This document shows, piece after piece, positions 33,471-46,674 of a stretch of 64,000 nt of DNA. Under the pieces are notes generated by a model. That model saw only the letters and a program-made list of their open reading frames with translations, had not been told where the DNA came from and made no database searches. The stretch is from Setoptus koraiensis (taxonomy: Eukaryota > Animalia > Arthropoda). The position numbers were made by a program, and so were the translations under genes. Position 1 is the first letter of the stretch. Each line of letters begins with the position of its first letter. The DNA is taken from the NCBI GenBank assembly GCA_048013815.1, contig CM106585.1, forward strand, positions 20,026,001-20,090,000. Direction: 5' to 3'.

Positions 33471-36182
33471 CGATCCGATTTGAATTATTCGAATAATAAT
33501 TAAGATGAGAGACTGAGACAAGATGAATGATGCGTTCTTTTTTTCTCAACTGCACCACCATTCTCTCTCACTCATCAACTAAGCAATCATCATTATGATC
33601 AATAAGCAAAATAGAGACGTTAAAATAGATAGATAGATAGGAAGGAGTCAAAGGAAGAATAGAAACAGTAAAGTGCATCTAGTCTAGTGTTAATGCCAGT
33701 CTACTGTCTCTGATGAGATTGCAGTTTTATCAAAATTCATGTTCATCGTAACCGGATTCACATCATCATCATAAGCAACAGTGGCAGCAGCGGCAGCGTT
33801 GCAAGCGGCAACACTAACAGCAACACGGGCATCATTATCATCTCGGTCGACTCATCTCGATCGTTTTTCGTCGTCATCCTCAATCCAGCCAGCTAGTGAG
33901 TGAGTCAGTCGGTGAGAAACGTAATAGAGCACATTAGAATCAAAATATATTAGCCGATGCAACGTTTAGCAATGCTTATCTCATATGGTTCCCTCACATC
34001 ACATCTCACCTCATCTGGACCATTTGTTGCTGTTGTTGTTGTTGTTGTTGTCTGAAGTGATGATGCTGATACACACGGCGATTTGGGCAATAATTGAGAT
34101 TACTTTTTTTCTGTTTTCTTCCATTCACATTCTCTTCTGGCTCTCTCACTCATATTCATCAGCGTGCCAGAGCTGGCTAAGGTCTAATTCGACAGCTGAC
34201 ATTATGCCACTATTTCTATGAAGACAATCTCTCTCTCTCTCTCTCTCACTCGCTATTCCTAATAAAGGTCAACTTGTAAAATAGCAATGATGATCTGTAA
34301 GAGCGGCACCGTAGCTTCTTAGCACTGTATATATAATGCAGTTCAGGTAGAAGTCAGCCGATTATCGCTGTCTATGTGTGAACCTTATTGTATCTCTATT
34401 AATAAGACTGGTGGCATGTGCTCTATTAGTATATCAACAATGACGATGATGGTAGGCAAAAAGCGCAAGCTAGCTCGAGGTATAAAACGAGCCAGCAACA
34501 AGGTATAAGCGTAGCTTGCCAATTGTATGGAACGAGTTCTCTTTGTTAGTGCGGGCAGCACCACTTGTTGTTATAAATGTTGTTGTTGTTGTTGTCGCTA
34601 CTTCTCGTTATATCTCTTTTCGGGCTTCAATCATCTTGCCACACTAAATTAGATTCGCGTCGCATCTAATCGGAATTAGTATTAGTAGCAGAATTGGTAT
34701 TAATATCCGAATTGAATCAACAAGAAGAAAATATTACAAGAATCAATTCCTTTCGTGCTAACAAATGGGATTCACACACACACACAGACTTGGCCAAGCC
34801 AAGTCAGCCTGAAGATCGGCGTCTGGATGATCGTGGCATGATATTGCTAATAAGCGCACCACACTCGTTTAACCGGCCTACTAAACTATTTACTGTCAGC
34901 TCTGGCAAGCAGGCAATTGGAAGATGTGAATCAATCTTTGATTTATAGTTGATCTCAGCTACGAATTGAATGATTTACGCCCTCGCTGTTGCTGTTGGCC
35001 TGTCCGAGCCGGTAGTGGCTGTCGGACCGCTGTTCATGACCAATCATGGCTAAGACGTATCGGTTTTCGCATTAGCCGACGAGGCTCACCGGGCTATGGT
35101 CGCACAAGTCGCAGCGAACTGTCCCAACAAGTGAAATGGCCGGCCGATGAATGGGAATACCTACAGACCCAGTGAGACAGATGTACTCCAGATTAGATCC
35201 ATTAAGCCGGGCTGTGTATGCTGCTATTTTCGCCGTCTGTTTGCTTAGCGGGTACACATAGCGGGTATGCATAGCAGGTATACATAGCAGGTTGGTTTGT
35301 GTTGGTTTGTCATGTTGTAAAGTTTCCCTAGGTGCACCGTTATTTGAGTTATGGAGTGGCCACAACTGGCGCGATTGCGATTTGGAGCGCCGATAGCGGT
35401 GGCGCCGCCGCCTCACAGCGCGGTGCCTCCTCATACCTACGTGTGACACCACCACCACCGTCTAATCGATGGCTTTTGCCGGTTCATATTTTCCACCTCT
35501 GGTTCTGGTGCAGGTTCAGGTTCATCCATCTCTCACTGTGTGTCTCGTCATAGTTCATTTAATTAATTTTTGTATCAATATCAACAGGAATTCGCTATAT
35601 TTATTTGGCTATGGTATGAATTTCATATGATATTCATATACGGGCCGTATATGAATACATGTACAGACAGTATAAACAACAACAACAACAAATATCATTT
35701 CATATGCTAAACGCGCTCACTTTGCAAGGAATTGCGTTAGCTTGTTTGCGCGTGTGTCACACACGATGTGTGTCGTTGTGAGTGTGTTTGTGCGTGCTTG
35801 TGCATGCCCTCCCTCCCCCCTCGTTCTCGTGATTCACCTGCCGTTCTTTGCACTTTAATAGCTGCTTGCGCGAGTGAGAGAGGGCGCTGTCACTCAACAA
35901 GTGACAGTGTGCTTGTGCATACAAACGACACACAGCGAGCGCCCTCTCTCTCTGTCGAGTAGTGGTGGTGGCGCATGCGCAATGAATAAAAAAGAATAAT
36001 CTCGGCACGGTGTGTGTGTGTGTGCGTGTGTGTGTGTAAAATCGCTCATTCGTCAACTTGATCTCAAAGCAACAACAACAATATCGTCAATCAATTATCA
36101 TTATTTTTATTATTATTATTTTATATTATTATTACTATTATTATTATTATTAATTATTTACTTAAATTTACATATGATTATT

Positions 36183-37214
36183 ATGAACAACAGTAGTAGT
36201 GAACAACTTTGTAAAGTGTGCGGCGAGCTGGCTGCCGGATTTCACTTTGGCGCATTCACGTGCGAAGGATGCAAGGTAAGTTTGTGTCTCAGCGGCACCT
36301 ATATCGGGGCCCTATAACCCTCATTAGTCACACTCGTCCACACTCACTCACCTTCCTCCTCGCTTGTCTCCCCGACTCTGCAACTCGCCGCTGTCGTCAC
36401 CAATCGTCACCAATCGTCACCAATCGTCACCAATCGTCACCAATCGCCATTAATCGTCGCCAATCGCCACCAATCATCAATTGTGATGTGACCAATATAG
36501 TCATTCTTCGGTAGAACATACAACAACACATCGTCTATAGGCGAATGCAAAAACAATAACGAGTGTGTGATCAACAAGAAGAACAGAACCTCATGCAAGT
36601 CGTGCCGCCTGAAGAAATGCTTCGAGGTAGGCATGGCCAAAGAGCATTCACGTTATGGGCGCCGCTCAAACTGGTTCAAAGTATCCATGGCGATTGAAAA
36701 GAAATTAGAAGTGGCCGCCCGGGCCCCAGCAGCCATACAACAGCAACATCAGCATCAACACCAGCATCAGCAACACCAGCAGCACCAGCAACAACAGCAG
36801 CACCAACAGCAACACAATTCACAATTACCACCACATACCCATTTGCATCCGCATCAGCATGCACATTTACATGCTGCACACGCATTAGCACAACATCCAC
36901 ACCAATTACCGCCACATTTGCCCTATCTACATCCCCATCAGCAACATTCACATCAGCAGCAGCTAAATAACCTAAATCAGCAACAATTAGATCATTTACA
37001 CCAAACAAATAGCAATGATAACAATATTATTGACTTGACAAACTGTTTACCACCCACCAATGACCTAAGCAATGGCCAAACAAATGGCGACGGTGATGGT
37101 AGCAACGGCACAACGAATGGCGATGCCAATAACGTCCAACAGCAACAGCATCTCATCCAATTGTTATCCTTTTACCTTTATTATGCCTCCATCTTGAATC
37201 ATCAACATCAATAA
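36183..37214 (+). CDS. knrl: Knirps/knirps-related/eagle (NR0A) zinc-finger nuclear receptor lacking a ligand-binding domain; join(36183..36275,36501..37214), about 268 aa
   Basis: Spliced DBD reads [22 protein letters not shown]|[60 protein letters not shown]. It includes the knirps box [10 protein letters not shown] and a phase-0 AAG|GTAAGT...ATAG intron after CEGCK, followed by a Q/H/N-rich tail. Exact orthology among kni, knrl and eagle is unresolved; an alternative ATG sits at 36174. Confidence 0.92.
36394..36480. repeat. About 8 x 10-bp intronic tandem repeat CAATCGTCAC
   Basis: Direct reading; occupies the 3' third of the 225-bp knirps-like intron. Confidence 0.9.
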
Positions 37215-40200
37215 ATTTAATCAATTTTCAATCAAGCCAGTGTTGTTGTTGTCGTCGTCGTCGTCGTCCATCTAAGTGTGCCTGTGCCCGTGTCTACCTG
37301 TTGCTCTCTTGTGCCAGATATATGATCACAATGTGTTCGACAATATTTTGACTCACAATTTGTGAGCGCATCATTAAGATGGCGCAAAACCGAGACGACA
37401 AGCTGAGCTTCGGCCCATTGTGCTGTCTGGTGGTGTGTTGTGTTGTGTTGTGTCATAATGTGGCCACCATTAATCACTATTATTTGCTTTTGCGTCGCAT
37501 CAAAACAGTTCAGTGCAGCATTGATCTCGTCCGAGCCCCCAAATAGGTTAGTGGCCGTCGATACGGAGACGCCTGCAGCCCACTGACACCACCATCTCGA
37601 CCACACGATACCAGTCACGCTGACCATTGTGTTGCGCAATCCACTTAATGGTTGCCAAGCGGGCGTTTGTCATGGTCTCGCAGACCAATGACCACCAGCC
37701 ACCACCGTTTACCACATTATAGGCATTGCGGACATTAGACCTATATTGCGCATCGCATTGCATTGCGTAAGCTCGCATGAGCTAGATTTGCAGCGACTAG
37801 CATGAACTGGATCAAACTGTCTATGTGTGAACCATCAACAGCAACCATCATGAGTAACAGCGGCAGCAACAACGCCACCACCACCACCAAGATTGCGGGA
37901 GATATTCAAGCGGCGCCCTCTATGTGTCGAGAAGGGCTACTACAGCGGGCATCGGTAGTTGGTTATTGTGTAAGCTGATTTATTATCAACAGCAGCGGCG
38001 GCAGCTATACATCGGGAGCAGCAGCAGCATCAGAAATGGCGGCGACAGCAGCAGCACGGATTGACTTAATTGTTGTTGTTGTCGTCGTTATGTTGTGTGG
38101 CGCAGCGCGGCGCAATTAACAAACACTTTGCGGAATGTCAACTAATGAACATTGTGTTTAGGCGCAATTAACATTGTTATCATTGTTATCACGCTCTACT
38201 AAAATTACATAAACAACAGCCAGCCAATTAGCCCGACAGCCAGCCCGACAGTCAGCCCGACAGCCAGCCAGCCCGACAGCCAGCCAGCCCGACAGCCAGC
38301 AAGCAAACGCACAGCCAGAGTGAATAGAGGCAGTAATATGGTCAGCGCGAGGTGATGATCATATCAGCAGGCACAAATCTGTCTGGTGGTGATAATAAAT
38401 CAATAATAATAAAGTCAATAACAACTCTGATTTCCTTAAATTGTCTCTGGCTAACTAAACTAAATTGTTAGCAAGTGTCTATTGTGTCATAAGAAGCTGT
38501 CTCTTTGTGTGTGTGTGTGTCGCTGGCGGCAGCCAAGTTGGTCGCAAGTTGCAGCGGATCGATTGGATCGGATTGGATCGTATCGGATAAGAATGTTGCG
38601 AGGTATCTCGTGTCAACAACGGCAGCAGCAGCAATATAATACATAATAGATTGGCAGGCCATGTTTGTGCATGCTGGCAAACACGGCAGACCAACAAGGC
38701 TGGCCTGCGTTGTTATTTGATCCGTTTAGTTGTTGTAGTTTAGTTGTAGTTGTTGCACAATTGTTAGTGGTGCACTGTTTATTAGCTACCACTTGGCCAC
38801 CATCTTATATAGATAGACTAAATCAGGCGACTAAATGAGACCAACGAGATAATAAAACTTGTTGATTGTATTGAATGGTGATTTAGCGCAATAGTGCGAG
38901 AAATCGCTCCAGCAGGCAAGCCAGCAGCAGCAGAGGCAGAGAGAGAGCTTGCATTCCGGCCGAGTGGCCAGACGGGCTGCCATAATAATAAAAAGAATGG
39001 CTAGGCAACAACATTTGATTGTGTACAGTTTATTTATTTATTTGTATTACATAATGATGTTTAAAAGATGAGAAGATTGAAATGGAACCACTTGTTGATC
39101 TCCTTATTCAAGAGTACAAAGTCGACAAAGCCAGACCTCCCATCGGCATCATCATCATATAATCTCTTGTCAAGTTGAGATTTATTCTCCGCTGGCTGTC
39201 TGGCTGGCTGGCTGGCTGGCACTTGTTCTATTGTTGTGTGGCTGTATTTGGGCACAACAATCAATATATAATTATCCTTGTTAAACGCATACGCAACACG
39301 CCGAGTGTGTGTTTGCCAGCGAAGAAGGGAATAAATAAATAAATTCTTATTATTCTGCTCCGTCTTCTTCTTCTTCTTCTCATTCGTATAAAACAAGTGC
39401 ATTGAACACTTGTGCTTCATTCTAGATTACATTATGTAAGCAACAATATTGATTTCGGCGGCGCCGGCAGCCAAGACAGGCAAGCGTCTTCTCACACTAC
39501 AGGCTGGCTTCGGGCCGGGCCTTCAACCTTTCACAAACAATAATCTATATACCGCATTGCGTGTAGTGGCAGTGATATAGTATAGTACACGACAATGACA
39601 AACAACAGCAAATATTGTCGAATAAGAATAATAAGAGGACGACAACATGTTGTAAAACGACTCGCTCCTTACATAACCTTACAACCCGACAGAACAAAAC
39701 GCCGCCGCCGCCGCCGAACGTATGCGTGAAATGCAAATTAAGCATTTCATTGCCTACTTGGCAAGTTGGCAAGTCGGCAAGTCGGCAAGTTGGCAAGTCG
39801 GCAAGTAGAGTTGAGGACACACACTCACAATAACAATAATAATAATACATTAATAATGTTGTATAATATTGTTATGGCACTTTATTACTAGTTATATAAT
39901 AATAACAAGGAAAACTGGAATATATTGCGTTATTGATTTGTTGTGTGTTGTATTATAGATTTGTCTTAGATGGAGTGGATAAACTAGAAGCCGATATGTC
40001 ACAAATGCCAATACACTATTGGCAATAGTGTGCCAGTGTGAGCCAACGCGAGAGACACGCAGTTAGCGAGACATCGTTGGCAAAGCTTGACATGAGATTC
40101 TCAAGATGAGAAGCGGCCCGAGCAACCCAAATACAATCCAGGTTGTTGGCTCGGCCATTGTTTGATCGACAATCGCCGATAATCTCTCCCTCTGTTTGCG

Positions 40201-43200
40201 ACATGTTTCGCCTGTTATAACTTACATAACTTATATAACTTATGTCCGACGTCCCACATCGCACAGCGCATCAAACAGTGTGTGTACAGGTGCCAGCAAG
40301 TTTATGCAATGTCTTGTGAGGCGACAATTGATGCGGATGACATTTTGACAGACACAAAGGCATTATTGCTATTATTATGCGTTCGTTCCTTCGTTTGTTC
40401 TCGCTAATCTAATGTTTCTTTAATTCTCAGCCCTGCCGCAGGCGTTTGACGTTCACACAACCCGCCAGAGCAACTTGCAACAGCGACACCAACAGCGACA
40501 CCAACACCAACGACAGCCAACAACAACGACACCAACAACGGCCAACAACGGCCAACAACGACCAACAACAACAGAGTGACAAATCATCGACAACAGTGCC
40601 CGGCAAACAAACAAACCTGTGGGCAACCTGTGGCTGTTGGCTGGCCGTCGCTGTTGGCCGACAACAGTCGCAGTGGGTCCACTCAATACAGACGACGTCA
40701 TCTCAATAAAGAGTCTCAAAAGAATATTATTTATCCATCTCATGACACCCGCTGCAGGGGCTTGCAGGCCATATAAGGCCACTTGTGAGCATTGTACAGT
40801 GGCCGGTGCACTGGTTGCAATTGTGCCAATTGTGTACCGATCCAACCACGATCGAGCTAACTGACAATGTGAGATTACATTGGCCGGCTATCGGGCGATC
40901 TCGGCAACACCGACTGATACGTTTCTCTCATCTCGTTTCATCTCGTAGTCTCATCGCTTCTCCCTGGGTAGCCCATTGAGATGATGTGAACCGATAAGTG
41001 AACAATAATCCGCCTACGAATTTATTTGTCACCATTTCCTCGTAACACTGTCGTGGTCGTCGTGGTCGTCGCTGTGAATATAGTGTGATATAAGGTCAAT
41101 CACCAATAGTGGATTATGTAATCCGCAAAGGTGTCGCTGCACTGGTCAGAGAGCCCAGAAAGACAGACGCAGATTGCCGATTGTGTTCTCAGGCACACAC
41201 ACACACGCCGGCTGGAGAGATTGACAAAGTTGTAGAAAAGTTAAATAAAAGCGTTTGTTGCCTTTTCTTTTCTCATATGGCAACATTATTATTGCGCCAT
41301 TGTTCTTGACAACAACAACAACAATATTAGTAATCTCGGCTCGGCATCTTTTGCATACTATCGCTACTTGTTGGGCTGGCTAGCGCTTGCCGTCGGCGTC
41401 GCCGTTGCCGTTGCTGTTGCCGTTGCTGTTGTCCGGGGATTTATGGAGTACTATATTTTAGCATATACTTATAACTATACATATTTGTTGTTTTTGTTGA
41501 TTATAATTACCATTGCGCACACTGCAAATCAAGAGGCGGCACAACAGCCGGCAAGGAATGCAAGCCCAACTCATATTTCACCGTCGCCGGCGTCGCCTTA
41601 GCCCCCAATGCGCAACAACGAGCCGCAACAACGAGCCGCAACAACGAGCCGCAAATACACGACAAGCAATGCAAGCAATATAAAATAACCATAACCATTA
41701 TTATTACGCAAAATGTTTCATGCTATCAAGTCATTAGATGGAAACATAACGAGCGCAGATTATAAGCCAAATGTCGGTTTGTCACAAGTATTGTTCAATA
41801 GTGTTGTAAATGTCAAGATTATCCACTTGTTGCCGCTCTATACGATCTCTCGCTCGCTCTGTCGCTCAACGTATGCGCAACTCCTAAACGTATACTCGAC
41901 AATTGGCAAGCCAGGTAAACTGGCCGCTGCGGGCATAACCCAAAAACAACTGAACAACTGACACTACTATACAAATCTACAATCTCTGCAAACGGTGCAA
42001 CTGTTGTCATTTGTCCTCGTTAGCTCTTTATAGGTTAAATGGAATAAATGACAACAACAGCAACCACTTGTTGTTGCCCCGCATAAAGCCAGCCATAAAC
42101 TCTGCCCGCGCTAAGCCCGTTGTGCGCTTATATAGGCTTGATTTAACTAGAGCTAGACAGCCGCATCCAGCGACACCTGTGTGCGCCATCTATAGGACAG
42201 GTGATGCGAACTGGCTGCCGCTGCCATTCAATGCGCTCATTTCGTTTTATTTCATTTTATTATTTATTTCTTCTCGAGTCAATCTCACTGGCAGTGCCCA
42301 CCGTCTAGTCGCTTGTCGGTGCCAACTATTCACTCACGTAGGCAGCCTCTCTTAGAAATGAGTTTACTAATATCATGTTATATTGTTCAGAATGCCTGGC
42401 GCATTGATTACCTTGATGATTTTGCAATAAACACACACACACACACAATCTTTTCAGCAAAGAAATGTAATTAGAGAAAATGGCAAAATTCTAATGGCGA
42501 ATCTCAATGGGTATCGCATCGATAGTTGATAGTGCCATTTCCAGGCCAATCGTTCATGTGAGCGCCGCCATAACTGGCAGTTTTTCAATGTAATTAGCCC
42601 CAAACGGCTTATCAAACGGCGGGTAGCATAGCGAGCAAGCTTTCATTGGTCAACATATTGTGTCAATTGCCCAACGACAACTCACACAAAGTCAGCCAGG
42701 TGCCTATCGAATGGCTCGTCGTCGATATCCAACACTAATAGCTCTAATGTTTCGAGAGAAAAACCAAAAATCCAGCCAGAGAGCTGATACACGACGATGC
42801 TGAAATATTTCACCTGACGAACAGTTGCAGTTTTGAGCTCGATTCCGACGAATTTTGCACACACTGAGCACAATGAGACACAGGCTACACAGGTTCGGCT
42901 TTAATTAACGGTTACATCGGCTTCTTTTAATTCTTGCATAGTGTACTTCAACTATGCAAACATTCGCAGCTCACTCGACTTCGAGCCACAGTCAAACTAT
43001 ATCGACACCTTCAACTTGACCAGCCCTGCAACTGCATGATCTACCGATCGATACTAGACTGTCTGGGCTATCTGGCTCGGACTATCTGGCCCGGACTATC
43101 TGGCAGATTAGAATGTGGAGTAGTTGCCCATTAACTTTCGTTGTTGGATGATCGACTGCCGATTCACTTGTCCAACCACAATCACAAGGTGCATGTACTA

Positions 43201-44902
43201 AGTGTTTGTCACTAAAGACAACTTCAGACAGGATGAGGGCGAGATCCCTGACTTGTGTGTTTGTAAAGTAAGCCCTAAAACGATTATGACAGCCGGAGTG
43301 AATGAAACTATGAAAAATCCAACGACCACTCGTCTCGTCAATTTGGTAGGCAGAATCATTTACAATCATCATTTGTTTTCTGTAAAAGAAAACTCTCTGT
43401 TAGCAACCAAACAGTCAGTCAATTGTTGAAACAATGACTCTAGAAACACCCACCAAACTTCTCTATCATACTCGAAGAATTGCCTTGATCCCTACTACCA
43501 TACTACTCTCTATTAAATAACTACTTCTAGGCTAAGCATGACAATAAGCAATAAAGACATTATTTGCATAATTGATACGAGCCAACCAGTGTTGGTTCAA
43601 AACTATCCGAAGTAATAATGCTAACTGATGTAGGCGTCGGTCATACACACACAAACCAGAGTCAAATATATAGAGGGCGATTTTAACAAATCGAACATTT
43701 GTTGAAAATAGTAATAATGGTCTTAGCGCTCATATAGGACCACTAACTTACTGTATCAGACATGGTCGTTATTTTTGTAAGCCAACAACAGATAGAGAAC
43801 GCTTAATTATAGCAACATCTCAAAGTAATCATTCAACAAACCTCATGCGTGATTGTAATAGATATCCTGTGTCATGAATGTATCGATTGAGCTTACAGAA
43901 TTGCTATATCAGTGGAAGCAAGTCACAATAGTACTCTGGAATTCATTATTTGTACTTTTGTGCTGTTCTCATGTTTCTTGCACATACACTAGATGTGTTT
44001 GCGATAATTATTACTATCTCAGCCGAGTTGGTTAGTTAGTTTAAATAATCATGACTAGCTTGAGAGGGCTGATTGGCTTTCTGATTGTCTGCTTGCTGCT
44101 GCATGCAGCTCCTTCTTTAGCTAATTTATTTATGTTTCCTATTCTAAACAATTGTTTAGGAGTGTTGAAGGCACAAAAGGCATCCCTTCTCTCATGATAC
44201 AAAATAATAGTAATAATCCGCTCGATTGTGAGAGCAGCTAACATCACCTGACAAGTGCTACTTCAACAGTATTTTGTTTGTATTTACAATTGTGAGTCTG
44301 TCTTGATTTGTATGTCAATTGTTCAATTTCTTCAAGAGTTAGTTAAATGCTTGGCGAGCAGGAGGTGGATTATATAAAATTGACAACCGAAAATAGTTGT
44401 TTACAACGCTGTTGTTATTTATAGGGCAAAAAGAATAATAGTTACCATTAAAATTATAGGCAAGCTATCCTTGTTTCGGCACGCACGAGGCGAGATCACC
44501 CCTCGACGGAGAAAACCTTGCTTTGTGTATCAATCGACCGTGCTAAGTCCAGTAGTCTTTTAAAGTGAGTGAGTTTGTAGTTTGTTGACTCCATCTTGAG
44601 CCGTTGCTAAATGCTGATTTGAGAGTCCTTTAAAACATGTTAGCTGTCGATTCGTTCACTATGTTTTTGTCACAATAAATTGAGAGCTCCCGGATAGAAT
44701 ATAAACCGTTGAGTAACTCTTCTTGTACATAAGTTATTGTCATGAGAATAGCCTTACAAAAGTATATTATTCTATTTGAAGATTATGTCCAACAACAACA
44801 ACAGAGTTGCTCTATGGGTTGAGATTAGATTGTTCCGAATTGTTTTCTTCCGCTTGCTTGTAGAAAAACTTAATGCCTTGTCATAATAACCAAACTCGAT
44901 CA

Positions 44903-45811
44903 TCACCATAATTTTATCAAAGTGTCCTGGATATGAAGGAAGGTTAGTGTTAGTTTACCTAAAAAGTTTTGCTTGCTAGCATGACACAACCTATGTGGGT
45001 ATTGTGATGATGATGATGATGAAGATGTGGTCTGATGATGGTATGTTGCATATAATGACGACGTCTGATGAGAATACGACTTTAAATACTCTTTTATCTG
45101 CGAAGGCAGCTTTAGTTGTGAAACGGAATCTGTTTGTGCGACTATGGTCCGACAGCATAAATCTTGCAGGGATAATACTTGATTTTTCCATATGTTATCG
45201 ATTCCATTGCGTATAAGAACCATGCGGCACAATTCAACTAGTGCCTCTCTAATACTATAATCACAAAGATGGGACACCTCGAAAAATGACATTTTATGTT
45301 TCTTGGCATAGTGTTCTGCTACACTTTTTTCTACTTGTCTATTAAAAGCTAAATGTAACCTATTACCTATCAATATTTTGGGTATACCAGGTGCGTGTTC
45401 CTCGATCTCTTTAATCCACCTATCTAAGCCGTTGAAAGACCATTTACGGGTTATATCGTACACTAAAAGTATTCCTTGAGCTCCCCTTGAATAGGATCTA
45501 ATTATAGTTGAGAAGCGTCCTTGACCAGATGTATCCCACAATTGCAATCGAATTCGTTTGCCGTCCAAAAGAACATTTGTTGCTTTATATGCAACAGTTA
45601 TATCTCTCAGTGAAAAGCTTGATGGTGAAGATATGGCCGCTGCTGAGATGGCTTGTGATGATGGCGATGAGCACAATGTAGAAGGGGATGTGATATTGTC
45701 TAGACCAACTGAATCATGCACAGGTGATGCATCCTCATCGGCCATCTGAAGGTGCCGTAATATCTCATCTTTGCCAACGTCCGAGTCTCCTGCGAGCAAG
45801 AATTTCATCAT
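44903..45811 (-). CDS. RAB40: Rab40 GTPase with SOCS box
   Basis: [45 protein letters not shown], Rab40-type GNRLHLAF, and SOCS box [13 protein letters not shown]...[14 protein letters not shown]. The true C-terminus may be spliced (see findings). Confidence 0.93.
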   Translation of the reverse strand: MMKFLLAGDSDVGKDEILRHLQMADEDASPVHDSVGLDNITSPSTLCSSPSSQAISAAAISSPSSFSLRDITVAYKATNVLLDGKRIRLQLWDTSGQGRFSTIIRSYSRGAQGILLVYDITRKWSFNGLDRWIKEIEEHAPGIPKILIGNRLHLAFNRQVEKSVAEHYAKKHKMSFFEVSHLCDYSIREALVELCRMVLIRNGIDNIWKNQVLSLQDLCCRTIVAQTDSVSQLKLPSQIKEYLKSYSHQTSSLYATYHHQTTSSSSSSSQYPHRLCHASKQNFLGKLTLTFLHIQDTLIKLW

Positions 45812-46674
45812 TAGCTATCATCTAGTAGACATGTAAATAAATGTCCTTAATCCTTTGATGAAAAATGCAATGGTTAGATAATGGATGTCGGTTTTAATGA
45901 ATATGGTAGGACATCTGACAGTGGTGTATAAATGTATTAAGGCACAGGATAGCTTTGTTAACAAGTAGTGATAATAGTGATGGAAAAAATTGTAACAAGG
46001 TTTATTCGCAACCACAGCTTAACAACATAATCAGCTACAATAACAACAGTAATGTAATTTGATTGCGACTTACCTCTTGCGCATGCTTCGGATTAAATGG
46101 CGCCAAAATTCAAGCAACAATAATTGTTTTTTTTTTCTGTTGCACCAAAAAACGACCAAGCTTTGCGAATTGTTTTGCAATGGGTGGTCCACCAAAAGTG
46201 TGCACCTTTCTTTCGAAACGTGCGCTGGCTTCCATTGTACATTAGTGCTCTAGCGTGCTGCACGTATTTATGTTTTCTACCTGCATGCGCTACTGTGTGC
46301 GCGACAGCCAGCTGATAACAATTAGGCACATGTACCAAAATGTTACATGAATACATCTGGGAATGCACAACTTGTTCCTCTTTAACTGTGCCTGTGCTGA
46401 TTTGTGTGCACCTACCAACAGTTTATAGTTACAAACTTTTCACCTAGAGAGAGAGGTTTTGTGTTTCATTGACGGGTTGCTTGAACAACTGAAGCGACCC
46501 TAGCGGGACGATTTCAAAACTATCACCGACTGTTCAACAGGTTCACAATAACAATAATAATAGAATTTCAAACGCACGAGTCACACTGAGAAACGCTCAT
46601 TATTTTAAGAGATATCCCGCATTTTTTCTATTCTTATATTTTTACCAAGATATAATTATTTATTTTTTGACAAT
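45812..46674. promoter_or_regulatory. Probable bidirectional promoter between RAB40 (-) and PMS2 (+)
   Basis: 863 bp between divergent start codons. TGCGCATGC near 46078 and AAATGGCG near 46096; a GAG|GTAAGT donor on the minus strand near 46073 suggests a RAB40 5' exon. Confidence 0.5.

Larger units (their letters stand above)
6720..36170. promoter_or_regulatory. About 29 kb gene-free region upstream of the knirps-like gene; probable extended cis-regulatory domain
   Basis: No ORF with a recognisable domain; the listed ORFs are translations of microsatellites. GC/CpG-rich from about 7 to 27 kb, with clustered CAGGTG/CACCTG and CAGCTG E-boxes. Large non-coding domains are typical of developmental transcription factors. 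Confidence 0.5.

Noticed and set aside
7000-36000. Many 60-240 aa ORFs in the non-coding block
   Set aside because: They are Arg/Ala/Pro-rich or poly-C/V/Q/T translations of GC-rich DNA and microsatellites, occur in all six frames and contain no recognisable domain.
42682-43429. Short ORFs in the AT-rich stretch downstream of the knirps-like gene
   Set aside because: No recognisable motif or consistent splice chain; left unannotated.
44041-44247. LAALTIER resembling a class-A GPCR TM3/DRY segment
   Set aside because: Isolated 68-aa ORF; I could not find further transmembrane exons nearby.
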